Of a DNA stretch of 64,000 bases, positions 11,533 through 25,936 are shown piece by piece (the stretch's first letter is position 1; each line of letters starts with the position of its first letter). The notes beneath the pieces were generated by a model that saw only the letters and a list, made by a program, of their open reading frames with translations, made no database searches and was not told the DNA's origin. Source of the stretch: Psilocybe cubensis (taxonomy: Eukaryota); the NCBI GenBank assembly GCA_017499595.2, contig CM039002.1, positions 1,426,001-1,490,000 on the forward strand, given 5' to 3'. The translations under genes were made by a program, and so were the position numbers.

Positions 11533-13444
11533 TTACTCTTCTGGCAGTAGGAATTCGGCGATTTGCTCTCTCATCTCAGATCGGCTTAGCTTCACTCCTT
11601 GGGCAAGGTCCGGATGGGAATCATGCTCTGCATGTTCTTGCTCTCGCTCTTGCTGACGCAGTTTTTCAATAGTAGACTGAACCCATAGCGGTAGCGGAAT
11701 ATTATCCAGAGACTGTCCAGGAGGCAGTGATGCAATCGTCGCGCGACTGCTACGACTTGTGAGAAGTGTATGACATGCATAGCATAGCTGTGGTGTCAGA
11801 GAAGGGACAGTTGGCGTCGAGCCCAACGTCGATGTTTTAGTAAGATTTGTGATTTCGTCTTCCGTCAGATGTGATGGGCGTGTGTTCCCGGACACCGCTG
11901 ATCTTGCCTCCTGGTATGAGCGTATCGATATCCGCGACTTCCATTCCTGAACGCCACTTTGCGCAGGGCTAGAAGGAGGAAGATAAGCCACTGTGGGAGT
12001 AGAAACTTGCAGGGATGAACTTACCGCCCACATAGGATGCAAGTGCCATTCGACCCTTCCTTTGGTGTCAATTTAGCACAAGTTCGGGCGATCGTGGAAA
12101 CCGTTGCAGGGTAGTCGCTTTCGAGTCCGTATATAAAATCTATGGAAGGTAAGTAAATTTTCTTTGCAATATTCTGTGCAAAGATACCTACCTTTTGTTA
12201 GTGCGCTGATCGCGTTCTTCACCCCACTTGGCGAAGTTCTTGAATGGGCAACGATGTTTAGTTTGCACCACCAATCCCAAATTGCACATTCTTTCATGCC
12301 AATTTCGCGCATTGGGCGCACTATGCGTATTGGCAATGCATCGCCTGAATTCGGCGGATCCCACACCTCTTGCGCCTCTTCCGCTACTGAGAACCCTGCA
12401 CCCTGAGCAATGCCTGATATCAGGTTCACTGAGAGAGCTGTCAAGGATGTTCCGAGAAGCAGATGTGATGCCCGTCTCGATGCTGCGGTATGCAGAAGTA
12501 GAAGCCGAATTAGAATTTGGACTGCGCTATGGAACGCGGTTGGTGTGGGTAGAGAAGAAAGATAAGTTCGCATGGCCGTAAGAGAGGAGATTTCAGAAGA
12601 CGAAGTGGCCAACCGTAGATCTAACGAAACTGAGAAGATACAATTGAAAGAAGATTTTTTCTACTTACCTTCATCTCTCATGTCCAAACCAAGAGACCGT
12701 GCTGAATTCGACAGATCGCTGCCTCCAAAAGTATCCCACCATTTCTTGTCAAAGCTGTCCTCCAGACGGAGGGGAATGAACTCGAACTCCGCATCAGCGT
12801 AACTCTCAACTAGATGTCGAACTTCTTCTATCCTATCCCTTTCCTGAAGTCATAAAATAAGTATTCAGTAAACATATGCATGACAGAAAAAGGACGTACT
12901 CCAGGAAACGCACCACAGACTTCAACATAGCACACATAAGGCTTTCCCTTCCATACACTTTTGTCTACGAGGCGAGGATGTTCCATTCCTCCTTTAAAAT
13001 CGGCTTCGAGAGGTGCAAAATATGTCTTTGCAACTAGGTCTAACATTGCAACCGAGCTTGTTCCACCAGATATACCTACTACGAGGGATCCCGATGCTTT
13101 GAGTCCTTTGCGCCTTGTACCATTCGGTGCATTGATTGTGGGTTCTAAGGATTTGCGAAATCGACCTTGCACAAGCGGGAAGAAACAAGTTCTACGAGGA
13201 TAGAAAGGTTATTGTGCGAAATTATGTTCACAAATAGCCGCAACGCACTTGCAGTAAACGGCATATCTGACCACGATATTTCCTCGATTTTCTTTGCACT
13301 TTACACAGATTTTCGTTTTGCCATCAAATTTCTGACGCCCTATTGGTTCTTGCTCAGCATTGCTGTGCACCTTTCACGTTATGTTGTAGACTCACTCGTC
13401 ATCAGAGCATCTTTGTCGACATTAGGGTTCTCACAGGAAGACAT
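11533..13444 (-). CDS. NCS2: Cytoplasmic tRNA 2-thiolation protein 2 (Ctu2/Ncs2)
   Basis: N-terminal MSSCENP with Cys pairs, degenerate PP-loop GISGGTSSVAMLDL, LLLGTSLTALSVNLISGIAQGAG, RPMREIGMKEC, C-terminal LCYACH. Confidence 0.88.
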
Positions 13445-13691
13445 TTTATTCTAACGCGTTTTAGAGATGGGCGATGTACAACTTGGAAGGTGGAAGATCA
13501 TTAAGCAAATCGCCTTTGGCGCTGACTCGATCAGATTCCGTATCTGGCAATGATAGCGGGCCGAATAGCCGTTGCCCCTATTTGGGAGTGTGAAATCGGT
13601 ACAACGAACTCGGTCAAGGAAAGCCGGAGAGCCAGCTGCGTATCCTTATTCAGAGCCACATAGGTAGCTTTGTACAAGTTCTCCTCCAACA

Positions 13692-14403
13692 ATGGCAGAT
13701 TCGTACTCAGCATTTTTCTACGGAACGTTGATGCACCCCAAGGTGTTGATAGGTGTCATACGCAACAAAGGAGAACATCTTGAAGTATGCCCTGCAGTTC
13801 TTCTGGTAAGAGATTTAACATGTAGATTACCTGATTCGTAATGGAGTAACAGTTGGCGGCGTTAATCAGGATCACACACGCCATGAAGTAAAGGTAAAAG
13901 TCTGTGCTAATTTACTAGGCTAAGCTCACTGTATATTACCCCCTCCAGGGTTGCGAATATCCAGGAGTTATCCCGATAAGCAAGGGCATGAAGATTTTGA
14001 ACCGTTCCCTCACACGGGAGGAGGGATCAGTACGAGGAACCTTGGTCAAAGGTTTAACGGCCCAAGATATAAAATATCTGGATGAGTTTGAATCTGACGT
14101 GAGTACACTGCCGGAAACAGGGAAACTTTGGCACCGGGTCTTATATTTTGAAAGGAATACGTGAGGAGAAAGGTGAAAGTCCACCCGTTGGGATCGTTTA
14201 CGAGAATCTTTGAGAAGATCGTCGATGAAGATTTCGTCCCGGAGCACCCACCGCCGCTACCAGAAATATCAAAACTCCATGAGTCGAGCTTCGAAGCCGA
14301 CACGTACATATACTGCGACGAGACCAATCTCAACGAGGAGCTTTGGTCGTTCGAGGACTTTGTAAGAAATAACGCATGGAAATGGTATGGAGGAACGAGG
14401 TGA
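13692..14403 (+). CDS. AIG2-like gamma-glutamylcyclotransferase
   Basis: MADSYSAFFYGTLMHP, YPGVIP, VRGTLVKGL, LDEFESDEYVRRKV, WSFEDF; 4 exons. Confidence 0.88.
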
Positions 14404-14698
14404 CGATCGTCGATGAGAGTCGCGAATTGCAAGTCGGGACTAGTGGGTGCACCAGAAGCCAACAAACTCGGGACTAGTGTCTGCGGTCATGTGATGTGTT
14501 AAATATATGACGTTCCTTGAGCTTGGCTCTGGTCCGCATCTTGTTGACACTCTGGATAGTGAAACAACCAGGCTGAACGCCAGGCACTGCATTTATCTCA
14601 ACTCATACATATTCCGCATACGCACTGTATTATTTCACCCCAAATTTTATCGAACATTCCGTCCTTAAAATCCTGACTGGTTTGGTATTTCGGCGGCC

Positions 14699-16592
14699 AT
14701 GCTCATGTATCCTGCTCGGCAGGTATTCGCGTATGGAGTCCTGTCGACCTTCCTGGTGTTCGTCTTATTCTATGGATTCGCGGATTCCTTGTCGAACATG
14801 GACTTCATGGATAAATCAAGCAAAGATTGGGGCATTCTCAACGGCGTCAAGCTACAGAAACCAAAACTATGTGCGTCGTCCATTTTATTTACGATTGACA
14901 CAGGAGGTTGCCAATATTATGGACATCTGCAGCTTTTCCTGAGCTCAGTAGTTACAAGCCATTGAGGACGCTGTCACCGAACGAGTTCCCGATAGGTACG
15001 ATTCAATGTTGAAATAAACAGTGTCGTTAACGCTGACCCAAATGCAGATGACCCAACGAAACGTGTGCTCATCGTGGGTGACATCCACGGACAGATGACT
15101 TACTTAGAGTAAGTCCGCAGCAACTATTGCCATCTCTTACCCAATCTTATTTTGTTTGTTGAACCAGAAAGCTTATGCAAAAAGTGAAATACTCGCCATC
15201 CCAGGATGTTCTCTTACATGTGGGAGATATAGTATCCAAAGGCCCCCTCGAAGGCTCGCTTGCCGTTTTACAATTCATGGTCTCGAACAATGTTACTGGG
15301 GTGCGCGGAAATCACGACCAACTTGTCGTTGAATGGAGAAATTGGTACGACTGGGTGACGGACTCTTTGGGTGGAAAGGAATGGTTAGATGGTCTACAGG
15401 CCCGATGGGAAAAGGCAGTGTCCAAGGACCCCGACACGGAACTGGAAGCCTGGCTCAAAAGGGAAAAGAAAGCGAGCACACGGAGAGAAAAAGCTTGGTG
15501 GAAACTTATACCGAAAGGTTGGGTCATCCTCGACGACCATTACTATGTCGCAAAGGAGATGTCCGACCAGCATTTCCAATATCTCCTCGACTTGCCTCTG
15601 CGGCTCTACATCCCCAGTGCGCATACATTCATTGTACATGCAGGTCTACTGCCATGCGATCCCAGATATCCAGTTGAGGATGAAGCTCGACAGCCTTTAG
15701 CACGCATCCCGACCCTTACCCGCCGGCCCTCTGGCAACCAAACTGGCGTCAACACTACACTCCTTCACGACGTCGATGCCAACTCTACATCCACGTCCCT
15801 TATGTCCAATAAAAGCATTGACGCCCTCAGGAATCTCCAAGAGACAGGGATTCTCACTCAGATTCCACAGAATTCCGATCCTTGGGTGGTCCTAAACATG
15901 CGTAATGTTCTGCCCGATGGTAGAATTTCAAAGCAATTCGGTGAAGGGATGCCCTGGTCAAAGTTGTGGAAACAGCATATGCAGAGTTGCTTGGGCTATA
16001 CCCGCTTTCCTCGAATTGCCAGTCGGGATGCCGATGATGACATCGACGCTTCAGGGAATGAAACAACAGTTGACGACTCGGACGATGATGAGCAGGGAGT
16101 CAAGAAATATAATTTGCTCTGTTACCCTTCCACCACAGTTTATGGACACGCTGCCGGTCGAGGGCTAGATGCAAAGAGGTGGTCCTTTGGTCTTGACACT
16201 GGATGCGTATGTCTAATTAGAAATTTTGATCAAGGATGCTTCTTACTAACTCTCTGCAACAGATCTATAGAAGAAGATTGTCAGCTCTGATGATAAAAGG
16301 ACAATCGAAGGACTTGAAGGACGTTGACTCTACTGAAAACGGTACCATGCCAAGATATGAAGACGACGAAGAAGATGAGGATGAGGACGAGGGTGAAGAC
16401 GACGATAGGGATGAGGGCGATGGTAATGACGAGGATGAGGATGAAGACGAAGACGAAGATGAAGATGATGAAGATCACTCTGACTTAGCTGCGAAGAACA
16501 AACACAAAAATAAGGCTAAAACCCCTTGGCTGCCGTTTGGAGACAATCATCGAGCTACAGTCGCCTCCGTCAGATGCAAACCACGATCTTAA
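14699..16592 (+). CDS. Calcineurin-like metallophosphoesterase (ApaH/Ppn2-like) with N-terminal membrane anchor and acidic C-terminal tract
   Basis: Motifs VGDIHG, VGDIVSKGP, VRGNHD, VHAG, VYGHAA, GLDTGC. Hydrophobic segment VFAYGVLSTFLVFVLFYGF near the N-terminus. Confidence 0.87.
16359..16475 (+). repeat. GAN trinucleotide low-complexity tract encoding an Asp/Glu run
   Basis: Encodes EDDEEDEDEDEGEDDDRDEGDGNDEDEDEDEDEDEDDED inside the last exon. Confidence 0.9.
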
Positions 16593-17089
16593 CTACAGAC
16601 TTCATTTGCCTCATACAATACTCAACTGCTATAATATCCTCCATTGCTCCTAGCGCGTTTCCTTGCGGTGTGTAATTGATCTCATTGGTTTGGTGTCCTT
16701 GTCGGGTTGGTTGTCTAGCGGCCTTGTTGCCTTGTTCTTCGCTACTACTTCACTGTATTTTGTCCTACCATAACCTTATAGTATCTATAAGCAATTTTTG
16801 TACATTACTCTAGCATAGTAACCCATTTATACGTCCCAAATCAAATAATCATGGTCATGCAGGACACTTATCTTTTATATCGTCACTGGTGGAAAACTGC
16901 TAATTGACCAACCTCGTCCCCTTGGTATGAAGCTTGTACTGTATCGGAATGTTGCTTGGAGAAAGCGCCACGCAAAATGGATGGTAGGATGGAATAAAAT
17001 ACAAACGTGCAATGCAAATGACGACTAATTACTTGTCCACTAATTTACAACATAACATAGCAACTTGACAGAATACGATATGGAAAAAA

Positions 17090-19727
17090 TCAGCCCTTAA
17101 CTTCGACAACAATGTTGATGATCATAATAATTGTGTATGTTGCTATCAGGAGGACTCCCCATTGTCGTGTCAAGAAGTAGCCGTTAAGGGGTACAAATAG
17201 CAGAGTGGCAGCGAGCAAGAACAAGAGGCCAAAGGCGCTGACGAATAGTGTTTTTGAAAGTTCGAGACTGTACGGTTGAGAAGTTTGGTGAATGATGTAG
17301 GACCCAGAAATGCCGATACCCAGGAGAATGTTGAGCATTGGCCCTCCAAAACACGCAGAGAATCCCATGATAGGGGCGAAGACCTAAGGGGAAAGAAGGG
17401 ATCATTTAATTTAAGTTCAATCCTTGACACCAACAGTAGCCTTACCGCAACACTCATGTTTGCTACAAGGTCTGCAAGCGAATTACCGACAGCGAAGATC
17501 GTAAGGCCAATGATAGCGTCTGATAGACCGAAAATGAAACCAAATGTCTAGCAAAGGTTTAGCTCAAAGCCATCCTGAAAGAACCAAAGAAAGTTGGCAT
17601 ACCTGAAGTACATTGACTACTTCATCAGCAATCGCCATGATCCAAATGATGGCGACAAAGAACCCCATTGAGCACCTGGTCATACGAGCAGCAGGGCTGT
17701 TACCCTTTTCACTAAAGATAGCTACTAGAGCGCCCATGGAGAGACCTGTAATAAGTGTTCCCAGGAAAATCCAGATGAAATTGTGTTTGTTGCCTGTACG
17801 CCGTAATCAGTCAGGCAACAATAGCCGGACAAGAGTGCTACATACCAAAAAGAACTTTGACACAGAAAAGTGGACCCAAAACACATTGTATAGCAGTGAG
17901 CCACTTGCTAAACAAAAGTTCGTGCATATTCTCCTCAACCTCCTCTTCGGCGATCAGGACGCGCTCCATGCCTTCTTCCTCGAAATCCACGAGTCGTGCA
18001 TCACCATTGTACATTTTCTCTGGAGAAGCATGGAGGTTCGGATACGGTGTCACTACAACCGGAAGAGTTAAAGTTAAGCATAACACCGCAGGCGTGGCAA
18101 ACAGCAAGGCAATTTGGCCCACAAAGCTCTGTTTCCGGAAGTTATGCAGTGTAGGGAAAAGGGTGTGAAACACTTTCCCCAATGTTGCCAAAACGCGTTG
18201 TTGTTTGGTCATTGGAGCGTATAGTTGCTCTTCACTGTCAACTTCGGAGGCAGTTAAAGATGGAGACGCCGGCGTACGAAAGATTGAAGGTACGGGTTGC
18301 TGCTGTACAGAACCGAAATAGTCATCCGGCTCGTCCGCCAGTAGATCCCGATGTTCCTCACGAAGTGTGGCGTTGGACGAAGATAGATTTGTGCGTCCTC
18401 GAGTAGGCAGTTGGAGGCCATGCAAAGTTTCCGAGTCCATGCTTGACTGAAGTGAAGAATGAGGGCTTCTTGTCATGCCCAGTCGATTGTGATAATGGCC
18501 TCCTGCGTATGGAGTTACGGGTGTTTCGAACATCCCTAAAGAATTCCCCGCGGCTTCTTTTTGTAATGAGGCGACCACGTCCCGAAATTCGAGGGCACCA
18601 ATGAGAGAGAACGAGGGTAGCTGTGTAATATGCGATGGTACTGGGGAAGGAGAGCGCGTTGGACGTGGTGATATATTTGTTTGAATTCTAGGAGGATTGG
18701 GAGCAGATACTGCGCGTACTCTTTGGGGAGTAGGGGTGTTGACAGTCAATGTCGGGGGATTTGCTGTCCCACCAGTCAGTATAACCAAAAAATTGAAAGA
18801 AAAACATATGCTCACGATCGTCGGTATATTGAGGAAAGGGCTCAGCAAATTCGTCTCTTGCGCGCGCTTCTCTAAGACGTTTACGTTCTCTTCTGCTCTC
18901 CCACCAACTTCCAATAATAACAACCAATACGTATGTCAAATATAGACCAACAAGTGCTCCTGCCTCTATCCGCGAGATTTCGCCGTCCCACAGAATGGTT
19001 AATATTAGAGATACTGCTAAGGTGAAGAAGCCCACGTCTCTGAGGAAAGGTGTACGATGTACTTCGAAAGGCTTGATGATGCACATAGACCCGACGACAC
19101 AAGAGACAATGAAAGTGGCCGCGCCAAGTAGTTCGCCCAAAGCCAGACTACCTGAGTCGGCGCGCATCGCAGAGAAGGTCGAGAATAAATCTGGACTGCC
19201 GTTTCCGAAAGCTAAAAATGTTACGCCTGCGACGTTTTCATCTAAGCCTAGAAGTTGAGATATAGTCGAAAGATTGGGGGTGAAGAAATCGGAGGCGCTG
19301 ATGCCCAGTGTTGAGAAGAGAAAGACCAGCCAGAACAGAAGACCGATGAACATGACAGGCCTTAAGGTAGCGTCTGTACAGAAGTAACGACGAAGATAGT
19401 TGATTGCGAGGACGGTGTCGGATCTGGGGCAATCTGCCTTGACATGTTTGCACTGAGTGTCGATTGGGTATGCAAGAGGTTGGCACTACAGACAAGTGAG
19501 CGCAAGACAGAACCAAGAGACATCAGGCTGACCTCTTCTGAATAATGTGATACTCGCGTTCCTTGAGGTTGGGAGAGTTCAAATGATATACGCTTCACGA
19601 GACTGGCGTCACCGTGGAGCAAACTTGAACTGGACTCCAAAGGCTGGCCATATCGACCTCTCGACCACAGTATGCAGTTCACGACGAGGAAGAACACGAA
19701 TAGCGACCTTGTTGTACCGGTGGACAT
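17090..19727 (-). CDS. Cation/Ca2+ exchanger, CCX (YDL206W/NCLX-like) type
   Basis: alpha-1 repeat VTFLAFGNGSPDLFST, alpha-2 repeat LTIFAVGNSLADLVANMSVA, ACFGGPMLNILLG, N-terminal signal, large Ser/Pro-rich loop. Confidence 0.9.
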
Positions 19728-20266
19728 CACGGAGTGAAAACAAGGTGTGGAAGGTGAGTGTTGAGCAGCAACATGTGGTCGGGCCAGCACGTCCTGGACG
19801 AACTGCCTCAATATAGTTTGCTAACTCCATCTTGCCGTCCAATTGATCATCACTCCATATTTCAAACCCTAACCACGTACACATTATTTGCGACCTCAAA
19901 CCACGATTTAAGCACTTTCCCCACCATGCTTATCCCGGATCTTCTTTGGACTCCGTCAACTGGCGAACATCCTTGCCGATGACATATTTTAGACATCATT
20001 CGTTGAACATCGTGGGTTTAATAACCCAAAAACTATTTTCGTGGAGGTTGGAACTCCAGACGGCTCGCCGCAGTGGCACAGCATCCAAACGACAAACTTC
20101 TTCTAAGGCCCGCAGCTTACTGCTCTTCCGAGTACCTAACTACTCAGCATATTCACAAAATGGATTATACAAAAATGCAAGGGCCGGTGGAGTTGATGTG
20201 CAATAATATAAATATACAGGGTATCTATCTAATATCAGGCAAAGGCAACTAGCTTCAAAAGAGTCT

Positions 20267-22338
20267 TCAGCGACTACAACTCTCCAACGTCAATATTTCA
20301 TGCAAGCTAGATCTTTTGGATTTATCCTGTTCATTTTATAGCTCAGTTGTAAATTATCCGAAGATAATCTATCCATATACTTACCAGGGTTTGCTCCGCC
20401 TTCTCCGAGTCAGCGTCAGCCAACACAGTCGGTCTAGCAACAGCACTTTCACGAGACCGAATCTATCGTGCAAGTGTCGGACATTGTTCGATAATGCAAT
20501 ATAGAATCACCTACTTCAAATAGATTCGATGCACGATTGCTGTCTACTGCCGAGGCCACTTTGAACCGTGTCGACATTTCTGTCGATGAGAATCGTTCTC
20601 GTTCAGGTTCACGGAGATTGGCCCGAGAGTTGAGAACCGCTAACAAAGAGTTGGCGTACACTGGCAAAATCCTCAGTCAGCGGGGCATGTCAAAAGATGC
20701 ACACTGGTAATTACATTTGCCTATGGTAAAATCAATAGCAAATGAATAGAAGGTATTTGGGATGACAGTAAATGCCACTGTTTCTACGATTGCCACTGCC
20801 CTAAAAATGAATCAGAACTCGGAGGTAGCACACGGCCTAATCAGAATAGCAAAACCTACGACGTCAATATACAACGATTAATGGCATATATGATTAATTT
20901 GTTGATTAGATTATTCGTATCGCTGTCCCTATAATCCGATCGGGTGTTGTTCAGAAGTATGCATAGAGCGGCTGCAATCAAGACGTCCGATATGATGGTC
21001 ATGATTCCAAAAGGAACGACAGCAGTGACCTGTGAAGGTTAATTAACAGGCAGGTTGTAGCTGTGATGAACCACAAGTAGATACCGATAACTCTTTCAAT
21101 AAGACAAATTCCTTTTTAACGAAACTAGATATTATCAGATATATCATATTATCCTGGATTAATATGAACAGATACATACAGATTTACAACAGTTCCTAAT
21201 GCCAAAGTAGGTGAATTTCGCGACTATATCATATCAAGTCATCTATACATACGGATCCCAAAAGCTTGAAAATCCATAAGTATCCTCTTTGTATTTACAA
21301 CCGGCAGACTCACCAAAATGGAGTAGAACTGTAAGAAAAATAAAGCCTCCCACCCAATATCGTCGAGCAGGCGTGCATACTAGATCAGATGCGTAAAGTT
21401 GGTGTTCCCTTTGTCTAAAAGATATTGCAATGCCTCTTACAAAGGAAAATGCGATGCGTGAAAAATCTAAGATGCAAAAAAGTAAGAGCATGAATGTAAA
21501 GGTTTGTGAGAGCACCGACGCTTGAACAATGAATGCTAGAAGTATCTAAATTCTCTATCTGTTAGCCAGTGACTTTTGAAGAGCTGATGCTGACACACAT
21601 TAATTGCTGTGGACATCTTTGGGTTGCCGGATAAGCCGTAGACTTCGTATGAATAAAAAATGACATACAAAAAGTGACCTAGATTTTGATTCTCATCGGA
21701 CGCGTTTTAAACATGATAACCTGAATTACATACCAATTTCCGTTGGAAAGTATAGTGTGATCCACAAAGCCGACAATCTATGAGGTGCAATATATCAGTA
21801 AAATATTTTCAAGAAAGAATGATTTATTACGAGGTAGTAGTGTATTGCATGACACACTGTAAATCATTAGTGCCAATACACCATTCAAGATTGGCAAATA
21901 TACTCACTAAATATGACGTGAATAGTATCCATGACCCTGATATACATTGTATCAAAATAAGTGATAACGAAATGCAACAAGATTCTAACCAGATGAGAGC
22001 AACCTATTTGTATTTCTTATCAGTAAAGCATATTTAAAGGCCAGTGCCAAAGGGACTAATTTACAAGTGATTTTGTCGCAATACCATCTCGAGGGAAAGA
22101 CAGATAATAGAAATAAGCCTTTAATTTTAGCGTCAAATGCGTTCAATTTTGAGTGGATAACCAGGGAACCAAAGTACCTGCAGAGTTGTGATTCCGTAGA
22201 TGGCCATAGTGACGAACGCTCCTGTTAGCATTGCGCCTACGAGAAAGGTTGAGTAACTAATTGGATGGGATGAATCATGAGACTGGTATACATACCAAAG
22301 GTATCCGTGATATCAAATTTTCCTTCGGGAGTTGTCAT
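20267..22338 (-). CDS. Multi-pass membrane protein, DUF6534-like agaricomycete family, many small exons
   Basis: FDITDTFGAMLTGAFVTMAIYGITTLQ, YYLSFPRD, LINKLIIYAINRCILT, DFTIGK/YANSLLAVLNSR. The 3' end is approximate. Confidence 0.75.
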
Positions 22339-23948
22339 TATGCAAGCCTCGAGAATTGAGACAAGCTATTCGTAAATTCGAGAGGGAGAACAAGACAAGC
22401 GAGACGCCACACAGGGCGAGTGCGCCTTTAGGACCAAAATTTGCAGTGTGGTTAGGGCAGGATGAGGGGGAGTATAACCTCGTAGTCAGAGAGTAACATG
22501 GAAGTAGAAGGAAAAGAAGGATGTTAACAACTACGGAGAATGCGATAGGCAAAGCTCAGGATCCCGTCAAGTTTGCATTGCATGATTTGCTTCTTCCACG
22601 GCAACATAAAATCTTATGGGGTAATCTCCGGCGCATTAGGACTTAGCGCAATAGATATTAGATGGCCAGGGCCTATCCAACGCTCCAGATACACGGAAAT
22701 CGGATTATTCGGAATGGTGGCTGTTGCAGGCCGCAAAGTAAATGCTCCAGCAAGTACATATGTATGATCCATGTGCAGCTGTGTGAGGTTGCCGAAAAGC
22801 CCTATATGTACAATCATTGATCGATGATGTCGCTTTGAAATGATGTGGATCAAACTGCAAAGCGCCTGCAAAACTTCCAGAGATTACAGAGGTTGGCTGC
22901 AGGTTCGAGCTTAAATAACAGAAGAGTCCATTTGACGCAATGTCGCAGGCGGGAAGCAAGGAGAAATCATCCATGTTTTGCGGCGAGGCAGTCAATGGTA
23001 TATGACTTGGTCTTGCTTTCCAGACACGTCGCTGGTAATAAAGTTGGGCGTTTCACGACCAAAGTTTGGTCATAGATTTAACATGTCGTGTGAAGTGAGT
23101 GCTGCCAATGTCCAGTATGGGGTCAAGTTGACAGCGAGCGCCGAGCATTCCCCTCGATCCAAAATAACCTGGACCTTCACAAACCTCAAACAACACTCTG
23201 CAACACCTGCTTACATGTCTTGTCATGCCACAGGACATAAGATTTGCTCACAAGCCATGTGAAAGAAAAAGACGACGAAATCGGACATTTTTTCCATACG
23301 CAATGAAAACCAAGAAACCATTATTTCCGGTGGTGACTTTGGTGCGGTTTCGCTTTATACGCTGACGCGGTGCGGATGCATCGGCCCTGCAGCTGTAACG
23401 ACCACTCTCTTCATTATCCTCACGTTCGTTCAAACAACAGAACCAGATTGAACGAGCTGATGTCTGCAGTCGGTGAGAAACTCAAGCAGCTTGGAAGGTC
23501 AACCAGAGCGACGTTACACGCACGCGAATGATAATCATCCACTCAGGGGTGATATGGAAACCGATAACTGTGTCCGCGGCATTCAAGTTCAAGGATTCAT
23601 GAATTCCAGAGATCTCTCCCTCGTCTCGACTCAACGTTTTGTAACATTCTCGGACTGCAAAAGCAAGGCTAATATTTGATATCCAACTGGGAAGGGGCAG
23701 ATCTACGCCTTTTAGAGTAGACGATGCTTAGGGAGGTTTGGAAGTGCGTCGGGGCAGTCGGGTACTCCGCGCGAAGAACTCGTTGCAGTCTCAAAGGAGC
23801 ACCACCGCTTCGTTGTGGACCCAGAATCTAATCCATATTCGGAAACAAATAGCGACTAAGTAGCTTCCAACCTTGCCGTACACTACACAGGAACGCCCCA
23901 CGACAAAGTCAACTTCGAACTTTTTCCAACTCTCGTGCTACCACTAGA

Positions 23949-25396
23949 ATGTTATCAGCACGGACTTTAGCATGGATCCCTGTTATTGTGGTGAGTTTCA
24001 AGCTTTTACAAAGCTTGCACCAGTTGTCCTCAATCTTTAATGCCACTAGGGCGCACTGCTGTATCGCGCCGGAGACCTCCTTCAGAATGGCGTTATCTTT
24101 CGTTCCAATTTTCCCCGCGGATACATAGCAAACGGAAATTACTCTTCAGAATGCGAAGTTGTACCCAGATACGCAGATTCTCCCTCTGAAAATCTCAGCC
24201 TTTGTGAAGACGAAACGTTTTGGGAACTGTTCGATACGCAGGGCGAAGTCGCTGAACGTGCTGTTATTGTTAGCTGTGATCCCGGTCGCAAAACTTGGAA
24301 CACAGTAATGGGTCCTTTACTTGACCCAACGCCTCATGGAGGATTGTGGATTTACGTGTCGCCCGATGACACGACACGACGCTCAGATGGAAGCATTTTG
24401 GATCCAAGTCTGCCTGTATACCAGGCACATCGAATCACACTGAAAAATTACCCTGAAGGCCACGACTTCCATCCTCTAGGATTAGAAATATGGCCCTCAT
24501 ATTCCGGCAATTCTTCAAATCTCTACGTCATTAATCATGCTCGAGAAGCTACTGTAATTGAACACTTCCTTCTGAATCCAGCACATCCTACGGAGGCAAT
24601 GCACATCCGCACCCTCCGATCTCTGCATTTCCACTCGGCGAATGGTCTGGCACTCACGTCTCCTGACTCTTTCTATGTGGCCAATGACCATCTCGTAACG
24701 CGTCGCCTACCGGTGTTAGGCCATATTCTTCCTATGATTGAGTCGGTTCTCAGCCTCCCGTCGGGTTTCGTTTCACACATTACACTCAATAAGCACACCC
24801 CCACAGAGTCCAAATCCATATCCGAAGAAGTTTTTGTCAAACTGTTCATCCCTTTCGCGAATGGCCTCGCCATATCTTCATCGGGCACGCAATTGGCCTT
24901 AGCATCCACCTCTATGGGCGAAATTCTGCTCTATGAACGTGATCCTAAAACAAACAAATTGAAGCGTAAGACAGACACGATCCGCCTGCCATTCTTTCCG
25001 GATAACGTAAATTTCTCTCCTTCCTCCGAAGGCGTTGAAGAAATTATTGTTGGTGGCCATCCCAACTTCCCAGACCTCATTGAAGTCGCCGAAGGCAAAA
25101 GCGCAGGATGTCCGTCATGGGTTATTGCCATCGTCCCGCAGGAGAATAGCAGAGGCGAGCAAAGCATTGTTTTCGATCAAGATGCACCGGTGTCATTGAA
25201 CAGTAAGATCCGGAAAGTTGGCCCCCGTTGGACCATGAAAACTCTGTTTCAGAGTGATGGTGTCGAGGAGAAGGGGGGTTTCTCTAGTTCAACGACTGGG
25301 CTAATGGATCCCAATACCGGTGCCTTGTATGTGACAGGAATCTACTCTCAAGGTGGTATGATGGTTTGCACACCCGGTTCCACGAAAGTAAACTAG
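23949..25396 (+). CDS. Paraoxonase/arylesterase-like Ca2+-dependent six-bladed beta-propeller hydrolase
   Basis: Exon 1 MLSARTLAWIPVIV plus one intron, then CED, FHPLGLE, YVINH, SFYVANDH, FANGLAIS, FFPDNV, GGHP. Confidence 0.85.
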
Positions 25397-25936
25397 AGGT
25401 GGCAGATAAACAACGAGACACAATAGATGATGTACTCTACTTACCAAGCTACCGCTTGCAATGCAATATCATCATAAGCTGAATGTCGATAAAAGAGCTT
25501 CAAAGGTACTAAATTGGATACATTTGATAAAGAAATAAAAAGTCAAAAAAGCAAAACATCATAACCCACAACCAATGCTTAATGACAGTACATACATACA
25601 CCCACATATCGAGAAGATTGAAAGAAAAAAGAAAAATCGGAATCTATAAACTAAGGAAACCAATAGATAAGCCGGCACTCGATTGGGACTGTGTGGGTAG
25701 GTGCATCATTGCACAGAATGGTAGGGGTAAATCGTTAACAGTCGGGTTGTATGGATCGTGCACTGATATACAAAGTTGAATTACTGACGCTTTATAAAAG
25801 GTAACAATAGAGAGCAATGAGATAAAAACGACAAGAGTTGAAAGGAGATACGGAGAGCAGAAGTAAAGAAAGATACCATGAAAAGCATATAAAGTCGTCG
25901 CCCATGGTCAGGAAAGAATCATGAGGATCCTTTGGG

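Noticed and set aside
14434..14480. 12-nt direct repeat tcgggactagtg (x2); also an 8-nt tandem near 43791-43811 and an A run near 1318-1329
   Set aside because: Short slippage-type repeats with no array structure. Not CRISPR or mobile-element ends.
16590..16640. TAA CTA stop context suggesting readthrough to a cryptic PTS1
   Set aside because: The known efficient context is TGA CTA, and the extension would end QLL, which is not a PTS1.
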